From the NCBI GenBank assembly GCA_965237565.1, contig OZ250145.1, forward strand, positions 62,023-126,022: DNA of 64,000 bases, given 5' to 3'. The DNA comes from Bdellovibrionales bacterium (GTDB lineage: Bacteria > Bdellovibrionota > Bdellovibrionia > Bdellovibrionales > UBA1609). The notes under the pieces are model-generated. The model saw only the letters and a program-made list of their open reading frames with translations, was not told the origin of the DNA and did not search any database. A program made the translations under genes and the position numbers. This document shows positions 19,550 through 28,885 of the stretch, one piece after another (position 1 is the first letter of the stretch; the number at the start of each line of letters is the position of its first letter).

Positions 19550-20677
19550 ATGAAAACAAATCTTTTACAAATTTTCTCTATAGCCAACACTCCAAAAAGC
19601 CGATTTCCAGATGAGCCAGATAAAAAATACTTTATCGACTGCCTGCCCATGAAAGCAAAAAACAAGATGAGCCAACTGAACAAGCAACTGAATGAGCAAC
19701 TGAATGGCTTAGCCAAAAAAATTTATTCCACCAAACGTATTTTGCTAACCACCCACAAAATGCCCGATGGAGATGGATTGGGCTCTTTAGTGGGAATGTA
19801 TCACGGACTGAGAAAGATTGGAAAAGAGGTCCGAATCGTCACGGTAGATAAAACTTCAAAAAGATATCATTTTATTCTGAATGGAATTCCCATTGAAAGT
19901 TTTGACAATTTAAAAAACCCCATCGAAAAAATAGAAATCGCCCTCATTTGTGACACAAATGATCGTCGGCTCATTGAACCACTCTATGAAGAGTTAGAAA
20001 AGAAATCTGAAAAAATTATTTTCATAGATCACCATCCGGTTTTAAATAAAAAATATGCCCCTACCTTGGAATCAATCATTCATACAAGAGCTGCGAGTAC
20101 GGGAGAGATTTGCTATTTTTTGCTGAAACAAATGAACATTGCATTCGATCCGTCTATTGCTATGGGTATTTATACAAGTGTGCTATTTGACACGCAACGA
20201 TTTCATTTTGTTAAAAATTCTAGTACATCTTATGAAATTTGTGCTGAAATCTTTCAATACATTGAGAACAATGAATTGTTTTACAATCAACTGTTTGGAA
20301 TGAGTTCTAAGGAGAAAATCAATCTGCTAGCCGAAGTAATCAAAAGAACTGAGTACTTTCACACAGATGAAGTGGCAATTTTACAGATCACAAAAGCGGA
20401 ACTTGAGAAAAATGGTATGGAAGTCACAGAAGCTTGCAACTTCATTGATATGATAATGGAAGTTCGTTCCACAAAACTGGCTGTGATGATTGTGAAATTA
20501 TCAGAGAACAATTACAAACTAAGCTTCCGAAGCAGGGACTTAAACGTATCCAAGTTGGCTGAGCTATTTGGCGGTGGAGGCCACCGTAATTCTTCTGGAG
20601 CTATACTCGTTAATTATACAAAAGACGTAAAACAAGAAATTTTGAATCTTATTCAAACTCTCCAATTGGTTGCCTAG
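19550..20677 (+). CDS. nrnA: DHH/DHHA1 phosphoesterase (NrnA-like); true start probably 19649 or 19667
   Basis: THKMPDGDGLGS, IDHH, DT, SFRS, GGGGH. Confidence 0.85.
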   Translation: MKTNLLQIFSIANTPKSRFPDEPDKKYFIDCLPMKAKNKMSQLNKQLNEQLNGLAKKIYSTKRILLTTHKMPDGDGLGSLVGMYHGLRKIGKEVRIVTVDKTSKRYHFILNGIPIESFDNLKNPIEKIEIALICDTNDRRLIEPLYEELEKKSEKIIFIDHHPVLNKKYAPTLESIIHTRAASTGEICYFLLKQMNIAFDPSIAMGIYTSVLFDTQRFHFVKNSSTSYEICAEIFQYIENNELFYNQLFGMSSKEKINLLAEVIKRTEYFHTDEVAILQITKAELEKNGMEVTEACNFIDMIMEVRSTKLAVMIVKLSENNYKLSFRSRDLNVSKLAELFGGGGHRNSSGAILVNYTKDVKQEILNLIQTLQLVA

Positions 20678-20749
20678 ATACAATTATCCAATTGGTTGCC
20701 TAGATACAACTATCCACTCGCAAATACACAGCCACTCGCAAATACACAA
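20661..20749. repeat. Back-to-back 26-bp and 18-bp tandem duplications
   Basis: tccaattggttgcctagatacaa(t/c)ta x2 (20661-20712), then ccactcgcaaatacaca(g/a) x2 (20714-20749). Confidence 0.9.
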
Positions 20750-20798
20750 ATCAAAATTGACAGCCAATAGAAAATATGTCTTAAAGTATTCAGAAAAT

Positions 20799-22343
20799 AT
20801 GGATTACTTTTATATCACCACCCCTCTTTATTATGTGAACGATAAGCCACACATTGGTACAAGCTACAGCACTGTCATGGCTGACATTTTGAAAAGCTAT
20901 CACCAGTTATTAGGTTATGAGAGTTTTCTCATGACGGGTACGGATGAACACGGTCAAAAATGCAGTCAATCTGCAAAAAAACAAGGAACTTCCCCCCAAA
21001 GCTATTGTGACAAAATGTCCAAACAGTTCGAATCGACGTGGAAATCACTCCACATTTCCTACGATCTGTTTTTTCGAACCACTCACCCCAATCACAAACA
21101 AGCAGTCCAAAAATGCTTGCAAGAGCTTTATGATAAAAATCTTATTTATCAATCTATTTACGAAGGTTGGTACTCAGTTAGAGAAGAAATTTTTTACCCC
21201 AAAAAAGATGTGAAAGAAAGCGACAAAAAGGAAAAAGATTTCGTTAAAATAAAAGAAAAAAATTATTTTTTTAAAATGTCTCAATACCAAAAAACTTTGA
21301 TTCAATATATTCAGGAACATCCTGATTTTATCCAACCTGCACACAGAAAAAACGAAGTATTGGGATTTTTAAAACAACCATTGGAAGATTTATGTATCAG
21401 TCGTCCCAAAAATCGATTGGATTGGGGAATTGAACTTCCTTTTGATAATGATTTTGTCACCTATGTGTGGGTAGACGCCTTGCTGAATTACGTTACAGGT
21501 GTTGGCTATCAACAAGCAAAGCAATCAGAAAAATTTCAAAAATGGTGGATGAAAGCAAAGGTGATCCATCTGATAGGAAAAGATATTCTCATCACTCATT
21601 GTGTTTATTGGCCTTGTCTCTTATTGGCTCTTGGCTTGCAGCTTCCAAAAACCATTTTGGCTCACGGATGGCTACTAAATCAAGAAAACAAAAAGATGAG
21701 CAAATCCTCTGGAGATGTGATGGATCCAAAGCAATTATTAAAAATCTTTGATTCTGATAGCATTCGTTATTTTTTAGCCAGTAGTATGTCAATAGGAAGT
21801 GATGCCCCCATTTCTCATGAACTGATTGCTCGTCGAATTGGTGAAGATCTGTCAAATAATCTAGGTAATTTGTTGAGACGAACCACAAAAATGATTCACC
21901 AACATTTTGATTCTCGGATTCCAGAAAGACAAGAAAATACAAAAGACCAAGCAAGCAGGCAACTGAAGAATCTAGCAATAGAAACAGCTGAATCTGTAAA
22001 AAAAGATGCACTGGATTTGCGTGTTCACCTAGCCAGTAAGAAAATCATTCACTTGCTCACCAAAACGAACCAATACATGGAACAAATGGCCCCATGGAAA
22101 TTAATTAAAAAAAATAAAAAACAAAGCGCTCTCGTTTTGCGAACTGCATTGGAAACTCTTTATCTAAGTGCTGTGTTGCTCAAACCTTTCATGCCAAACA
22201 AAATGGCTCAACTATTAGATAGCTTGTCTTGCCCTGATGAATGGCCGGTGGAACATCTCAAAAAAGGGATATTTCCAAAAGCAGGTGTGTTGATCCAAGA
22301 CATTCCCCCTCTATTTCCAAAAATAACATTGCAAACAGAATGA
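20799..22343 (+). CDS. metG: Methionine--tRNA ligase (short form, no Zn-knuckle Cys, no C-terminal dimerisation domain)
   Basis: YITTPLYYVNDKPHIG, GTDEHGQK, YVWVDAL, KMSKS. Start moved to ATG 20799. Confidence 0.96.
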   Translation: MDYFYITTPLYYVNDKPHIGTSYSTVMADILKSYHQLLGYESFLMTGTDEHGQKCSQSAKKQGTSPQSYCDKMSKQFESTWKSLHISYDLFFRTTHPNHKQAVQKCLQELYDKNLIYQSIYEGWYSVREEIFYPKKDVKESDKKEKDFVKIKEKNYFFKMSQYQKTLIQYIQEHPDFIQPAHRKNEVLGFLKQPLEDLCISRPKNRLDWGIELPFDNDFVTYVWVDALLNYVTGVGYQQAKQSEKFQKWWMKAKVIHLIGKDILITHCVYWPCLLLALGLQLPKTILAHGWLLNQENKKMSKSSGDVMDPKQLLKIFDSDSIRYFLASSMSIGSDAPISHELIARRIGEDLSNNLGNLLRRTTKMIHQHFDSRIPERQENTKDQASRQLKNLAIETAESVKKDALDLRVHLASKKIIHLLTKTNQYMEQMAPWKLIKKNKKQSALVLRTALETLYLSAVLLKPFMPNKMAQLLDSLSCPDEWPVEHLKKGIFPKAGVLIQDIPPLFPKITLQTE

Positions 22344-22386
22344 AAAACATGCTTGTAGTGTCTGGAATGATTGGAATGAAAATCAA

Positions 22387-22617
22387 ATGAAGAAAAAAGA
22401 CGAATTTATCAAACAAGTGAACGAGCTTTACGAAGTAGACATTGGCGACTTCAAAAGAAAACTCATTCTTTATCTTACACGCCTAGAGGAGAGCCTAGAA
22501 AATTCCTCCTTGCAACCGCAGTTCGATGAAATCAGAATGCTGATTACATGTAACAATACAAGGGAAATAAACGAATTGAGAGAACAGGTTCTGGAAAGTA
22601 TCAAACAAATCGAGTAG
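22387..22617 (+). CDS. Small helical hypothetical protein (76 aa)
   Basis: ORF fills the gap between metG and the convergent mvaD; no recognised motif. Confidence 0.55.
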   Translation: MKKKDEFIKQVNELYEVDIGDFKRKLILYLTRLEESLENSSLQPQFDEIRMLITCNNTREINELREQVLESIKQIE

Positions 22618-22626
22618 CTCCCATGT

Positions 22627-23595
22627 TTACGAAGAACCGATGACTGTAAATTCACAAGAGAGTTGGCTCAATAGGTCTTGAGCCATCTTTTTCTGATCAG
22701 GGCGATAGAGCAGATGAACATGAGATCCAGCATCCATCGTAACCAAAGGACCATCTTTTTTCTTCTCCCAAAATGTTTCCACTGTCTTAAGAATTTTTTG
22801 GCTTTCTTTATTCCTGTAATAAATGGGAGGCGAGCTGGTTTCGTAAAGCCTGTGAAGGTCTTGAAATTCTTCCCAAGTAATTTCAAAACAAAGTCTCCAT
22901 TTTTTTTCATTCAAAGCCGTCAAGAGTGCAGAAAGTCTTTTTTCAGATCTTTTTACACGATCAGAAAAAAAAGGACTGCTCAAAACTCTTTGATGGGCTT
23001 CGGAGGAAGACACTGACTTATGTTTTTCACTTGTGAGAATCAATTGGTGCATTAGGTGGGGAAAAGGCAGATCAATTTTACGGGCTGATTCTTTCTCCCA
23101 AAAACTCCAAGGCCGAAAAAAGGAACGACAAGAGGAACCGGAACCACGGCGACTGAGCGCAGACAAATCATGATCTGTGAGCGCCTCTATTCCCTCTCGC
23201 CTAGAGGGATTCGAAAGGGACAAGGCCATTTGGTAAGTGGCCAAAGTTAGGGCGCAAAAACTGGAAGCAGAACTAGCCACCCCCGCAGAGACAGGAAAAT
23301 TATTAGCCGATTCAATGAGATAGGAATCCGAAATTTTCCATTGATCTTTTAAAAATTGGAAAAAATTCAAAAACCTTTGGCTCGCTAAGAGAGACAAATC
23401 AAGTGCCAAGAATTCCTTTCTCTTAAGAGGTCCCCAGTGATCTCTTCCCACCAAACTTTTACGAATACGAACACAAGTCACCAAGTGGTCCAGAGTGTAG
23501 GATAGAGAAGCACTGATCGGGAGATTGCTTTGATCTTTTTTCCCGATATATTTAATGAGTGCAATATTGGAAGGAGCTAGAGCTTGCCAAGACAT
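22627..23595 (-). CDS. mvaD: Diphosphomevalonate decarboxylase
   Basis: APSNIALIKYIGK, NNFPVSAGVASSAS, RRGSGSSCRS, TMDAGSHVH. Confidence 0.93.
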   Translation of the reverse strand: MSWQALAPSNIALIKYIGKKDQSNLPISASLSYTLDHLVTCVRIRKSLVGRDHWGPLKRKEFLALDLSLLASQRFLNFFQFLKDQWKISDSYLIESANNFPVSAGVASSASSFCALTLATYQMALSLSNPSRREGIEALTDHDLSALSRRGSGSSCRSFFRPWSFWEKESARKIDLPFPHLMHQLILTSEKHKSVSSSEAHQRVLSSPFFSDRVKRSEKRLSALLTALNEKKWRLCFEITWEEFQDLHRLYETSSPPIYYRNKESQKILKTVETFWEKKKDGPLVTMDAGSHVHLLYRPDQKKMAQDLLSQLSCEFTVIGSS

Positions 23596-23615
23596 AGGGA
23601 AAATTCTCCAGATTT

Positions 23616-24581
23616 TTATAACTTAAAGTGATCCTCTGGTTTTGTTTTATCTTTTGTCTTTGTCCTCAAAATAGGATGATCTTTTTCCAGTTCCTCTTTT
23701 TCATGCTCATTCATTCCATAAGTGAGCTGACTGGAATCAGCCACAATGGTTTCTTCTTTGAGAGCGAGTTTTATTTCCTCTCTATTTTTTGGATCAAAAA
23801 AAACGCAAACCACCTCCGCACCCATAGCGCCACAGCCCTTGGCCACAATGACCGAAGAAATGCCATCAATTTTTTTCAGTAGCTTGTTTGTCGCCTCATG
23901 CACAAGACGTAAATTTGCCAAGCGGTCCGAGTATTCTTTCACCGCAGAAACAAAAGCATCTCGATCAAATTGATCCATAGCATTCATAGCTTCTCTTGCA
24001 ATGCGAGACAGCTCGGGCCACTCCCCTCTAGAAGAAAGATCCGTCAAATACTCCCATGTTTTCAAAGTGGCCCCTGTGCGAACCAATAGAAAATCCAAAT
24101 GTAAAAACGGCCAAGTAATGGAACGAACAGAAAAAGGCTCACAGGTAAATAAACAAACACCACCCACCCACTGAGAAACAATGTCTGCCCCTCCCGGTTT
24201 ATAACCCTCGAATTGGAGCTTTCTATAAGAACGCCACATTTGCGACAGATCAGTTTCTACCAAGGAACATTTCTTCAGAATAAGACTCAACAAATAGACT
24301 AGGTCGAACTGGGCACTGGATAAACCAAAACCTCCTTTTCCACCGTGCGGATCAATCGTTTTGATATGATAATTTTGAGTGATTTCCTCATGCTTTTTCA
24401 TCCACTGGCCGGCAGCACTATCAAAATGAAAAACCGTTCCCTCGCCATTGTTCTTTTTTTTTACAATGGAAAACCAAAATCTGGGGTGAGTGTTAATCAA
24501 AATAGAGGGAGCTCCCTCTAAAACTGCATACTCTCCAATCAAAAATGTTTTACTCGGAAAAGAAATGTATCGAGTGTCCAT
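23616..24581 (-). CDS. GHMP kinase, (phospho)mevalonate kinase-like
   Basis: PSKTFLIGEYAVL, GFGLSSA, GADI, KGCGAMGAE; mevalonate-cluster context. Confidence 0.8.
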   Translation of the reverse strand: MDTRYISFPSKTFLIGEYAVLEGAPSILINTHPRFWFSIVKKKNNGEGTVFHFDSAAGQWMKKHEEITQNYHIKTIDPHGGKGGFGLSSAQFDLVYLLSLILKKCSLVETDLSQMWRSYRKLQFEGYKPGGADIVSQWVGGVCLFTCEPFSVRSITWPFLHLDFLLVRTGATLKTWEYLTDLSSRGEWPELSRIAREAMNAMDQFDRDAFVSAVKEYSDRLANLRLVHEATNKLLKKIDGISSVIVAKGCGAMGAEVVCVFFDPKNREEIKLALKEETIVADSSQLTYGMNEHEKEELEKDHPILRTKTKDKTKPEDHFKL

Positions 24582-24584
24582 GTT

Positions 24585-26009
24585 TTAATCTGAATCCTTT
24601 TGCAATTGATCGAGCCACTTTTTGGGACTCTCTTTTAGCTCCCGAAGAGCGAGAAGAGCTTGCCTTTGGTGTTTGTCTCTTATTTTTTTAAGAGTTGCCA
24701 TAGGATTCACCGTCTTTTTTCTCAGTGCCCTCAGGGCCTCAATGGCTTGAGAAAGAGAAATACGTCTCTTGAATTCAAAAACCATTTCCAAATGTTTCTG
24801 AATGATGGGTATTTCCGATCCTTTTGCCCCAGCTCCCAAGGTGAGATTTTTGATATGCAATTTCATATGTCCTTCAATGATACCCAAGGTAGTTAAAGCT
24901 CGCAAAGCACCAAGGTTTTGCACTAAAGCCACCCCCGCACAAATACGAGCGAGACCATTTGCACCTTTTACTTTCAACATTTTTAGACACATTTTGGCCG
25001 TTGGGTGAAGACGTGTCATTCCTCCCACCGTACCCACCATCAAAGGAGCACAAAAACAACCAATCAGTTTGCCATCTGTTACTCGCCAATTGGTAATGGA
25101 TTGGTATCGCCCCTTTTGAGCCGCATAGGCATGAACACCGGCTGAAACGGCTCTCCAATCATTGCCAGTCGCAATCAAAATGCCGTCAATGCCATTCATC
25201 GCACCCTTGTTGCTGGTACTCGCCCGATACGGATCCGTCTCTGCAAACAAAGAGGCTTGTTCAATTTTTTCCATTAATTCTGGTTCTAGATCCGACATAA
25301 CAATCTCAGCCTTAATCAAGCGAGTGTCAGACAAATTGGAAACGATGCAAACAGATACTTTTTCCTCCGTTTCTGATTCAACGAAGGTACGCAGATACTC
25401 ACAAACCTGATTGACAATATTCGCTCCCATTGCATCACAAGTATTAATGAAAACGTGAATCACAGCCATTTCTCCCTTCTGAGAAGAATGTATTTTTGGA
25501 TCAACAATCAAACGACGCACAGTAAATCCTGTGACCCCTCCTCCTCGTTTGTGCATCGAGGACATTACATTCTGATGAATTTTTTCGATCCAGATTTTTT
25601 TATTCTCTTGAATAATTTTTTCTAATTTTTCGAAATTTTTTACCTGTGCTATCTGTATTTGACCAATCACTCCTTGGCCTTGCACAGAAGTTTTAATAAA
25701 ACCCTTCTCACTCACCCAACGAGCTGTCTTGCTGGCGGCAGCGATAATGGAAGTTTCTTCAACAGCCATTGGGATCACCACTCTTTGGCCATCAATGCAA
25801 AAATTGGTAGCCACTCCTAGGGGAAGCTGAAAGTAGCCAATTACGTTTTCAATAAATTTTTCAGCTAGATCAGTCTTCTTTAGTCCTCCTGATTTTAAAT
25901 ATTTCACATCCTCTGAACTCAAAGCTCCCATTTTCATCAAACGGGAAAATCTCTCGTTTAGAGATAATTTTGAAAACCCTTTGAAAAACGATTTCATTTG
26001 CTTGTTCAT
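24585..26009 (-). CDS. mvaA: Class II HMG-CoA reductase
   Basis: ENVIG, PMAVEETSIIAA, DAMGAN, NKGAMNG, GNDWRA, GHMKLH. ATG 26009 overlaps the fni stop. Confidence 0.95.
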   Translation of the reverse strand: MNKQMKSFFKGFSKLSLNERFSRLMKMGALSSEDVKYLKSGGLKKTDLAEKFIENVIGYFQLPLGVATNFCIDGQRVVIPMAVEETSIIAAASKTARWVSEKGFIKTSVQGQGVIGQIQIAQVKNFEKLEKIIQENKKIWIEKIHQNVMSSMHKRGGGVTGFTVRRLIVDPKIHSSQKGEMAVIHVFINTCDAMGANIVNQVCEYLRTFVESETEEKVSVCIVSNLSDTRLIKAEIVMSDLEPELMEKIEQASLFAETDPYRASTSNKGAMNGIDGILIATGNDWRAVSAGVHAYAAQKGRYQSITNWRVTDGKLIGCFCAPLMVGTVGGMTRLHPTAKMCLKMLKVKGANGLARICAGVALVQNLGALRALTTLGIIEGHMKLHIKNLTLGAGAKGSEIPIIQKHLEMVFEFKRRISLSQAIEALRALRKKTVNPMATLKKIRDKHQRQALLALRELKESPKKWLDQLQKDSD

Positions 26010-27049
26010 TCCCATTTCCAATCCCCAAACTTTCTCATCTCATCTATATTCTTACACCCTGAACAAAATAAAGCGATCTTTAATTCTTGTTCCAAACGAG
26101 AAAAAGTTTTCTCCAAAACATTCTCTCCTTGCAAGGCAGCTTGTATCACCGAACGAGCAAGACTAATGCGATGGGCTTTCAAAACCAAAGCCTTAGCCGC
26201 ATCACAACCACTCCTCACCCCACCGGAGGCCCATATTTCATAATCTTTGTCGATCTCCTTGGCAAAACAAAGGGAATCCACTGTAGAAATTCCCCAATCT
26301 TTAAAAGCATCTGACACACCAAAAAACAAATCATCTTTACTGGTTCTCTCTCCCTCAATACGTCCCCAGTGGGTCCCCCCATAACCGCTAATATCTAAGG
26401 CAAAAAGCCCCATCCCTACCAAGGACTTCATACTTTGTTTGGAAAAACCACAACCTGTTTCCTTCAAAATGACCGGTACAGAAAGTTTTTTGCAAAGAAG
26501 CCGAAGAGCCTTCAATCCCCCAGCAAATTGAGGGGTCCCCTCTGGTTGAAGAGCTTCTTGGAGAGGGTTGCTATGCACCACCATGGCCGAAGCTGATAGG
26601 GAAGCTACCAATTTTTCCACCACTGAAACATCGGTTCGAATCAACTGAGAGAGACCTATATTGCCTAGTAAAATCAAAGAGGGACAGGCTTTACGAATAC
26701 TTTCCCATTCTTTGCCAGCACTGGGATCAAAAATTTGTCTTCTCTGAGATCCCACACCCATCACCCAAGACCTTTTTTCACAAACACGAGCAATGGATTG
26801 ATTGATGCGCAAAGAACCTTCCCAACCTCCCGTCATCCCGCTAACAACAAAAGGAGTGGCCACCTTTTTTTCGAAAATTTCGGTGGAAATATCCACTTCT
26901 GAAAAATCCATCTCGGGCAGGGCTGAATGCATCAAGCGTATGCGCTGGAATCCACTGGCTCCAAGAGCTTCATTTTCTGCTCTCAAGGATAGATGCACAT
27001 GATCTTTTTTACGACGTGTAAACTGGGATGTGGGGTCTGTCTTTTTCAC
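26006..27049 (-). CDS. fni: Type 2 (FMN) isopentenyl-diphosphate isomerase
   Basis: RKKDH, SGMTGG, GVGSQR, NPLQEALQPEG, KETGCG, GGTHW, SGGVRSG. Confidence 0.96.
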   Translation of the reverse strand: MKKTDPTSQFTRRKKDHVHLSLRAENEALGASGFQRIRLMHSALPEMDFSEVDISTEIFEKKVATPFVVSGMTGGWEGSLRINQSIARVCEKRSWVMGVGSQRRQIFDPSAGKEWESIRKACPSLILLGNIGLSQLIRTDVSVVEKLVASLSASAMVVHSNPLQEALQPEGTPQFAGGLKALRLLCKKLSVPVILKETGCGFSKQSMKSLVGMGLFALDISGYGGTHWGRIEGERTSKDDLFFGVSDAFKDWGISTVDSLCFAKEIDKDYEIWASGGVRSGCDAAKALVLKAHRISLARSVIQAALQGENVLEKTFSRLEQELKIALFCSGCKNIDEMRKFGDWKWE

Positions 27050-27068
27050 AAAAAGGGACTCTCAAATG

Positions 27069-27425
27069 CTACGATTTCTCTGCCGGCGAGACTTGCTTAA
27101 CCAATTGAGAAAAGCCACTGGCATCTTGAACAGCTAGATCGGCCAGCATTTTTCTATTCAAACGAACCTCGGCCTTTTTAAACAAGCTAATTAAAACAGA
27201 GTAGGTGGTTCCATTCAAACGAGCGGCTGCATTGATCCTCTGATTCCATAGACGACGTTGCGTTCTCTTCAAAGTTCGGCGATCTCGATACTGGTAAGCC
27301 AAAGCTCGATCCGTTTTTTCAACCGCTACGGTAAAACAACGACTATTGGAAGAGTAAAATCCCTTCGCTCTGGCAAGAATCTTCTTATGCCTTCTTCTTC
27401 TGACAAATCCTGTTTTCACTCTCAT
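27069..27425 (-). CDS. rplT: 50S ribosomal protein L20
   Basis: MRVKTG..RRRRHKK, RINAAAR, LNRKMLADLA. Confidence 0.98.
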   Translation of the reverse strand: MRVKTGFVRRRRHKKILARAKGFYSSNSRCFTVAVEKTDRALAYQYRDRRTLKRTQRRLWNQRINAAARLNGTTYSVLISLFKKAEVRLNRKMLADLAVQDASGFSQLVKQVSPAEKS

Positions 27426-27438
27426 AAAAAAACCCTTC

Positions 27439-27660
27439 TCAATTCACTCCAAGTAATTTTCTCACCGCCAAAGTACAAGACTTGGCTACGTAGGCAGTTC
27501 GTCCCAATTTCCGTTTTCTTTTGGGTGATTTATTGAGCAACAAATGTCTTTTATGTTGCCGTTTTCTTTTTATTTTGCCATTTCCCAACAAGCGAAATCT
27601 TTTCTTGGCTCCTGAATGTGTTTTCACCGACTGTATTCCTTCAACGAATTTATCCGACAC
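27439..27660 (-). CDS. rpmI: 50S ribosomal protein L35
   Basis: KTHSGAKKRF...HLL; immediately upstream of rplT. Confidence 0.93.
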   Translation of the reverse strand: MSDKFVEGIQSVKTHSGAKKRFRLLGNGKIKRKRQHKRHLLLNKSPKRKRKLGRTAYVAKSCTLAVRKLLGVN

Positions 27661-27952
27661 TCTGGGCGAGCTAGGACATAAAGGAAACCACTATGGCTTG
27701 AAATCAGGTCTTAGGCAAGCCCAAAACAGCTCTTTTATGAATGGAAAGCTAGGTCTCCATTTTTTGACTTGCCTGTCAGAAGCGAGAAGGGCATCATGCA
27801 AAGAAATTCATCATTGAGCGAAACATTATCCAGAGCAAAACATTCCTGAACTCTGGACATTTAAAAATTTCGGTGATAGCTTGATTCGTTCGAGTGGCTC
27901 CTCTATGTGGTGGAATCAACCTGCCATTTTGGAGCAAGCCTTTGGAGTGAAG

Positions 27953-28066
27953 ATGAAGGTCAGAACCTCTATAAAGAAAATTTGTAAAGATTGTCATGTG
28001 ATTCGCAGGAGAAACGTTTTGCGAGTGATCTGCAAAAATCCAAAGCACAAGCAAAGGCAGGGTTAA
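27953..28066 (+). CDS. rpmJ: 50S ribosomal protein L36 (Zn-binding type)
   Basis: [14 protein letters not shown]...[11 protein letters not shown]; GGAG RBS before ATG 27953. Confidence 0.97.
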   Translation: MKVRTSIKKICKDCHVIRRRNVLRVICKNPKHKQRQG

Positions 28067-28071
28067 ATTTT

Positions 28072-28446
28072 ATGTCTCGTATAGCTGGAGTGGATTTACC
28101 GAAGGACAAAAGGTTGGAAGCCGCACTGACTTACATTTATGGAATCGGGCGTGTGAGTGCTCGTGAGATTTGCAAAAAAGCGGGTTTCCCCGATTCGACT
28201 AGAACGAAAGATCTTACAGATCAAGATGTGGCAAAACTGAGAGCCTTTATCGAAAAAAATTATAAAGTAGAAGGGGATATGCGAAGAGAAATGGGACTTT
28301 CAATCAAGAGACTGATTGATTTATCTTGCTATCGAGGCTTACGACACAAAAAAGGACTCCCTGTTCGAGGACAAAGTACGAGACAAAATGCTAGGACCAG
28401 AAAAGGCCCTAAAAAAACAATCGCCAATAAGAAAAAAGCTATTTAG
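28072..28446 (+). CDS. rpsM: 30S ribosomal protein S13
   Basis: [32 protein letters not shown]. Confidence 0.98.
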   Translation: MSRIAGVDLPKDKRLEAALTYIYGIGRVSAREICKKAGFPDSTRTKDLTDQDVAKLRAFIEKNYKVEGDMRREMGLSIKRLIDLSCYRGLRHKKGLPVRGQSTRQNARTRKGPKKTIANKKKAI

Positions 28447-28460
28447 ATAAGGGAGCTTCA

Positions 28461-28847
28461 TTGTCTGCTAGAAAGCCAAAAAAGAAGAAGGTAAAAAAGA
28501 ATGTTCCGGTTGGAAATTGTCACATTAACGCCGGCTTTGGAAATACTCATGTTACTTTTACCAATCCGGCCGGTCAGGTGGTTTGCTGGTCTTCTGCTGG
28601 CATTTTGGGTTTCAAAGGATCACGTAAAGGCACTCCATTTGTAGCCCAAGCCGTGGCTGAAGATGCGGTTCGAAGAGCCAAGGAATGTGGAATGAAAACA
28701 GTGAACGTTTTTTTGAAGGGACCGGGAGCAGGAAGAGAAATGACTGTTCGTACATTGGCCAGTGCGGGATTGAGTATCAATGTTTTACGGGATATCACAC
28801 CGATTCCTCATAATGGTTGTCGCCCCCCAAAAAGAAGAAGAATCTGA
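28461..28847 (+). CDS. rpsK: 30S ribosomal protein S11
   Basis: [35 protein letters not shown]. Confidence 0.98.
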   Translation: MSARKPKKKKVKKNVPVGNCHINAGFGNTHVTFTNPAGQVVCWSSAGILGFKGSRKGTPFVAQAVAEDAVRRAKECGMKTVNVFLKGPGAGREMTVRTLASAGLSINVLRDITPIPHNGCRPPKRRRI

Positions 28848-28885
28848 AAAATAGAGCCTATGAATAAAATGAATGAAGGAGAAAA

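Noticed and set aside
20670-20798. His-rich N-terminal extension of MetG
   Set aside because: Arises from intergenic duplications in frame with a TTG; homology begins at ATG 20799.
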